This document shows, one piece after another, positions 35,550 to 37,549 of a stretch of 37,549 nt of DNA. Where the stretch lies: assembly GCA_964552995.1 (NCBI GenBank), contig CAZKJC010000002.1:1873-39421 (forward strand), in the 5' to 3' direction. How positions within the stretch are numbered: the first letter of the stretch is position 1; every line of letters begins with the position of its first letter. Origin of the DNA: an uncultured Ruminococcus sp. (GTDB lineage: Bacteria > Bacillota > Clostridia > Oscillospirales > Ruminococcaceae). The translations under genes and the position numbers were made by a program. The notes under the pieces are model-generated. The model was given only the letters and a program-made list of their open reading frames with translations. It made no database searches and had not been told where the DNA came from.

Positions 35550-37144
35550 GGTTAAAATTTTCGGCGGTCTGCGCGGTCATAGCGGCGCAGATCGCTTTGA
35601 GCTTTTTGGCGGTATCCCGCGCGGCTTTTGCGGAGAACGCTCCCTCGGAAACGAATGCGGTCATCGAAGAGATATTCGACGATCTGGCGGGAGAACGCGG
35701 CGGCTTTTTTGAGGGGCTGGAGTTCGGACGGTCGGACTGGGCGGCGTACTGCGCGGCAAGGCTCGGCGTGGAGTACGCGAGCGGCTCGGGGGACTATGTG
35801 AGCGGCGTGAAAACAGCTGTACGGGAGCTTTCGGAGCAGGGCTTTGTGCCGCCTACGGAGCTTCAGCGGGCGGCAGTCGTGTTGTCGGGCTTCGGGGAAT
35901 GTCCCGAGGAGCTTATTGCCGCGGCGGCATATGATAATACCGATCTTGATAAGCAGGGGCTTAACGCGTGGATATGGGCGCTTATAGCGGCAAACTGCGC
36001 GGGAATTGAGCAGGAGGGCGTCAATACGCGGGAAAGCCTGGCGGAGCATATAATGTCGGCGGCTCTTCCCGACGGGGGATTCACTCTGCGCGGCGAGAAA
36101 GCCGACTGCGATATGACCGCGGCGGCGATATATGCTCTCGCTCCGGTCGATACTCCCGCGGCAAAAAAAGCGCTTGGGGCGGCGCTGGACTGCCTGACGG
36201 ATATGCAGCTTGAAAACGGCGGGTTTTCCTCCATGGGCAGGGAGAACTGCGAGAGCGCCGCGCAGGCGATAATAGCCTTTACCGCCGCGGGATATGATAC
36301 GGGCGACAGCCGCGTGAGCCGCGCTCTGGCGGCAATGCTGGAGTATCGCAGGGAGGGCGGCTTCGCGCATACTCTTGACGGCGGGAAAAACGGAGTTGCT
36401 TCGGTGCAGGCTCTGCAAGCGCTTACGGCGCTTCGGCTGAGGGAGAGGGGCGAGCGTCTTTTTGAGCCGCGCGTTTTCGGTGAGGATACCGAAACGCTGC
36501 CCGCGGACACTACCGGAAAAAGCTCAACAGAGGAAACCGGGGAAAGCGCCGTGATATCCCCGCCGGAAAGCGCGGAGCTTAGCGGGTCTGCTATTAAGGC
36601 GATCATTTCCGCGTTTCTCGGAGCGGCGGGTCTGGCGGGAGTTATCATCGGTGTGCGGCGGCGCGGCAAAGCCGTGTTGGCGGTATCGGCGGCGATACTC
36701 GCGGCGGCGGGCGGAGTGTGGTTGCTGGATATCAGAAGCCCATCGGAATACTACGCGCAGAGCGGAGCGGGAGATTTGCGGGTGACCGTCAGCGCGGACT
36801 GCTCGGCGGCTATTGCTGCTATGGACAGGATCGACGAGGGGATAAACCCCGTTTCGGTTATCCCCGAGGACGGAGTGGTGATAGAGGAGTGCGCCGTATA
36901 CGCGGAGGAGGGCGACACTGCTTTTGACGCGCTTATTGCCGCCGCCCGTGAGCAGCGGGTAGCGGTGGATCATGTGGGATCGTTTTACGGTGTATATGTG
37001 CGGGGGATAGGTTATATTTATGAGTTCGGATTCGGGGATATGAGCGGGTGGATATATAAGGTGAACGGCGAATCCCCCGACATTTCCGCGGGGGAGTACG
37101 TTCTGGCGGATGGCGACGTGGTGGAGTTTATTTATATTATATAA
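35546..37144 (+). CDS. Prenyltransferase/squalene-cyclase-like alpha-barrel + two TM helices + DUF4430 membrane protein
   Basis: QGLNAWIWALIA, LPDGGF, DMTAAAIYALAP, QLENGGF, NCESAAQAIIA; TM-RRRGK-TM; YVRGIG.IYEFGFGDMSGWIYKVNG. Confidence 0.85.
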   Translation: MRLKFSAVCAVIAAQIALSFLAVSRAAFAENAPSETNAVIEEIFDDLAGERGGFFEGLEFGRSDWAAYCAARLGVEYASGSGDYVSGVKTAVRELSEQGFVPPTELQRAAVVLSGFGECPEELIAAAAYDNTDLDKQGLNAWIWALIAANCAGIEQEGVNTRESLAEHIMSAALPDGGFTLRGEKADCDMTAAAIYALAPVDTPAAKKALGAALDCLTDMQLENGGFSSMGRENCESAAQAIIAFTAAGYDTGDSRVSRALAAMLEYRREGGFAHTLDGGKNGVASVQALQALTALRLRERGERLFEPRVFGEDTETLPADTTGKSSTEETGESAVISPPESAELSGSAIKAIISAFLGAAGLAGVIIGVRRRGKAVLAVSAAILAAAGGVWLLDIRSPSEYYAQSGAGDLRVTVSADCSAAIAAMDRIDEGINPVSVIPEDGVVIEECAVYAEEGDTAFDALIAAAREQRVAVDHVGSFYGVYVRGIGYIYEFGFGDMSGWIYKVNGESPDISAGEYVLADGDVVEFIYII

Positions 37145-37145
37145 A

Positions 37146-37254
37146 GCAAATTATCGCACCGCGCATACTTGCAAAGCAAGCATGCGCTAGCCCGCCGTAA
37201 AAGCTCCGCGGAACTTCGTTCCGCTTCGCTTTCACGGCGGCTTGCGAAATTTGC
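37146..37254. repeat. Inverted, diverged copy of structured element family C
   Basis: GTAAAAGCTCCGC...CGCTTTCAC is the reverse complement of GTGAAAGCG...GCGGAGCTTTTAC in 16312-16622; outer GCAAATT..TCGCA/TGCGA.AATTTGC stem. Confidence 0.8.
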
Positions 37255-37290
37255 CAATTTATTTGTTATGCCGTGAACTGAGGAGGATTT

Positions 37291-37467
37291 ATGTCGAGAT
37301 CGAACTGCGATGACTGCGTAAATTATGTTTTCGATGAGGACTGCGAATGCTATGTTTGCTTGGTGAACCTGGACGAGGACGAAATGTACCGCTTTATGAG
37401 CGGCACGAACGATGATTGCCCCTATTACAGCCCCGACGATGAGTATCGTATCGCGAGAAAGCAATAA
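37291..37467 (+). CDS. Small Cys-rich acidic protein (DUF6472-like), absent from the ORF track
   Basis: MSRSNCDDCVNYVFDEDCECYVCLVNLDEDEMYRFMSGTNDDCPYYSPDDEYRIARKQ, 58 aa, RBS AGGAGG. Confidence 0.85.
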   Translation: MSRSNCDDCVNYVFDEDCECYVCLVNLDEDEMYRFMSGTNDDCPYYSPDDEYRIARKQ

Positions 37468-37480
37468 TGCGGTTAAGTTA

Positions 37481-37522
37481 TGTTGATGAGGATTAAATGA
37501 TTTAAAAGAATTTCAAAATTCC
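37481..37522 (-). repeat. Partial inverted copy of family A right end and first tail motif
   Basis: Reverse complement GGAATTTTGAAATTCTTTTAAATCATTTAATCCTCATCAACA matches 34211-34255. Confidence 0.8.
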
Positions 37523-37549
37523 CCAGCGTTTTGCGCACAATATCACAAA

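Noticed and set aside
37132..37464. 110-aa minus-strand ORF
   Set aside because: Antisense to the RBS-supported 58-aa Cys-rich gene and to a repeat element

Overview
Chromosomal segment of an anaerobic Firmicute, probably Oscillospiraceae/Ruminococcaceae-like (inferred from gene content and an SPDTG sortase signal). In order: the 3' end of pyruvate:ferredoxin/flavodoxin oxidoreductase; a type IV pilus locus (pilC, pilMN fusion, pilO-like, a large PilX-like pilin, two minor pilins, oppositely oriented pilD, pilB, pilT, two more pilins); a sigma-28-type late flagellar operon (flgM-flgN-flgK-flgL-DUF6470-fliW-csrA-fliD-fliS-chaperone, no flagellin); an EAL-HDOD phosphodiesterase; several housekeeping enzymes; and a cobalamin-riboswitch-controlled pair of surface DUF4430 proteins. 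The most striking element is a small AT-rich cassette inside the pilus locus (about 13.65-14.33 kb). It has a PBECR2-like RNase-fold gene whose last codons contain the -35 box of a near-consensus promoter for a ~130-nt structured, apparently pseudoknotted, separately terminated ncRNA, making it a candidate RNA-antitoxin/defence module. Intergenic spaces carry several families of dispersed palindromic elements. All family assignments come from motif recognition by eye; no searches were run.
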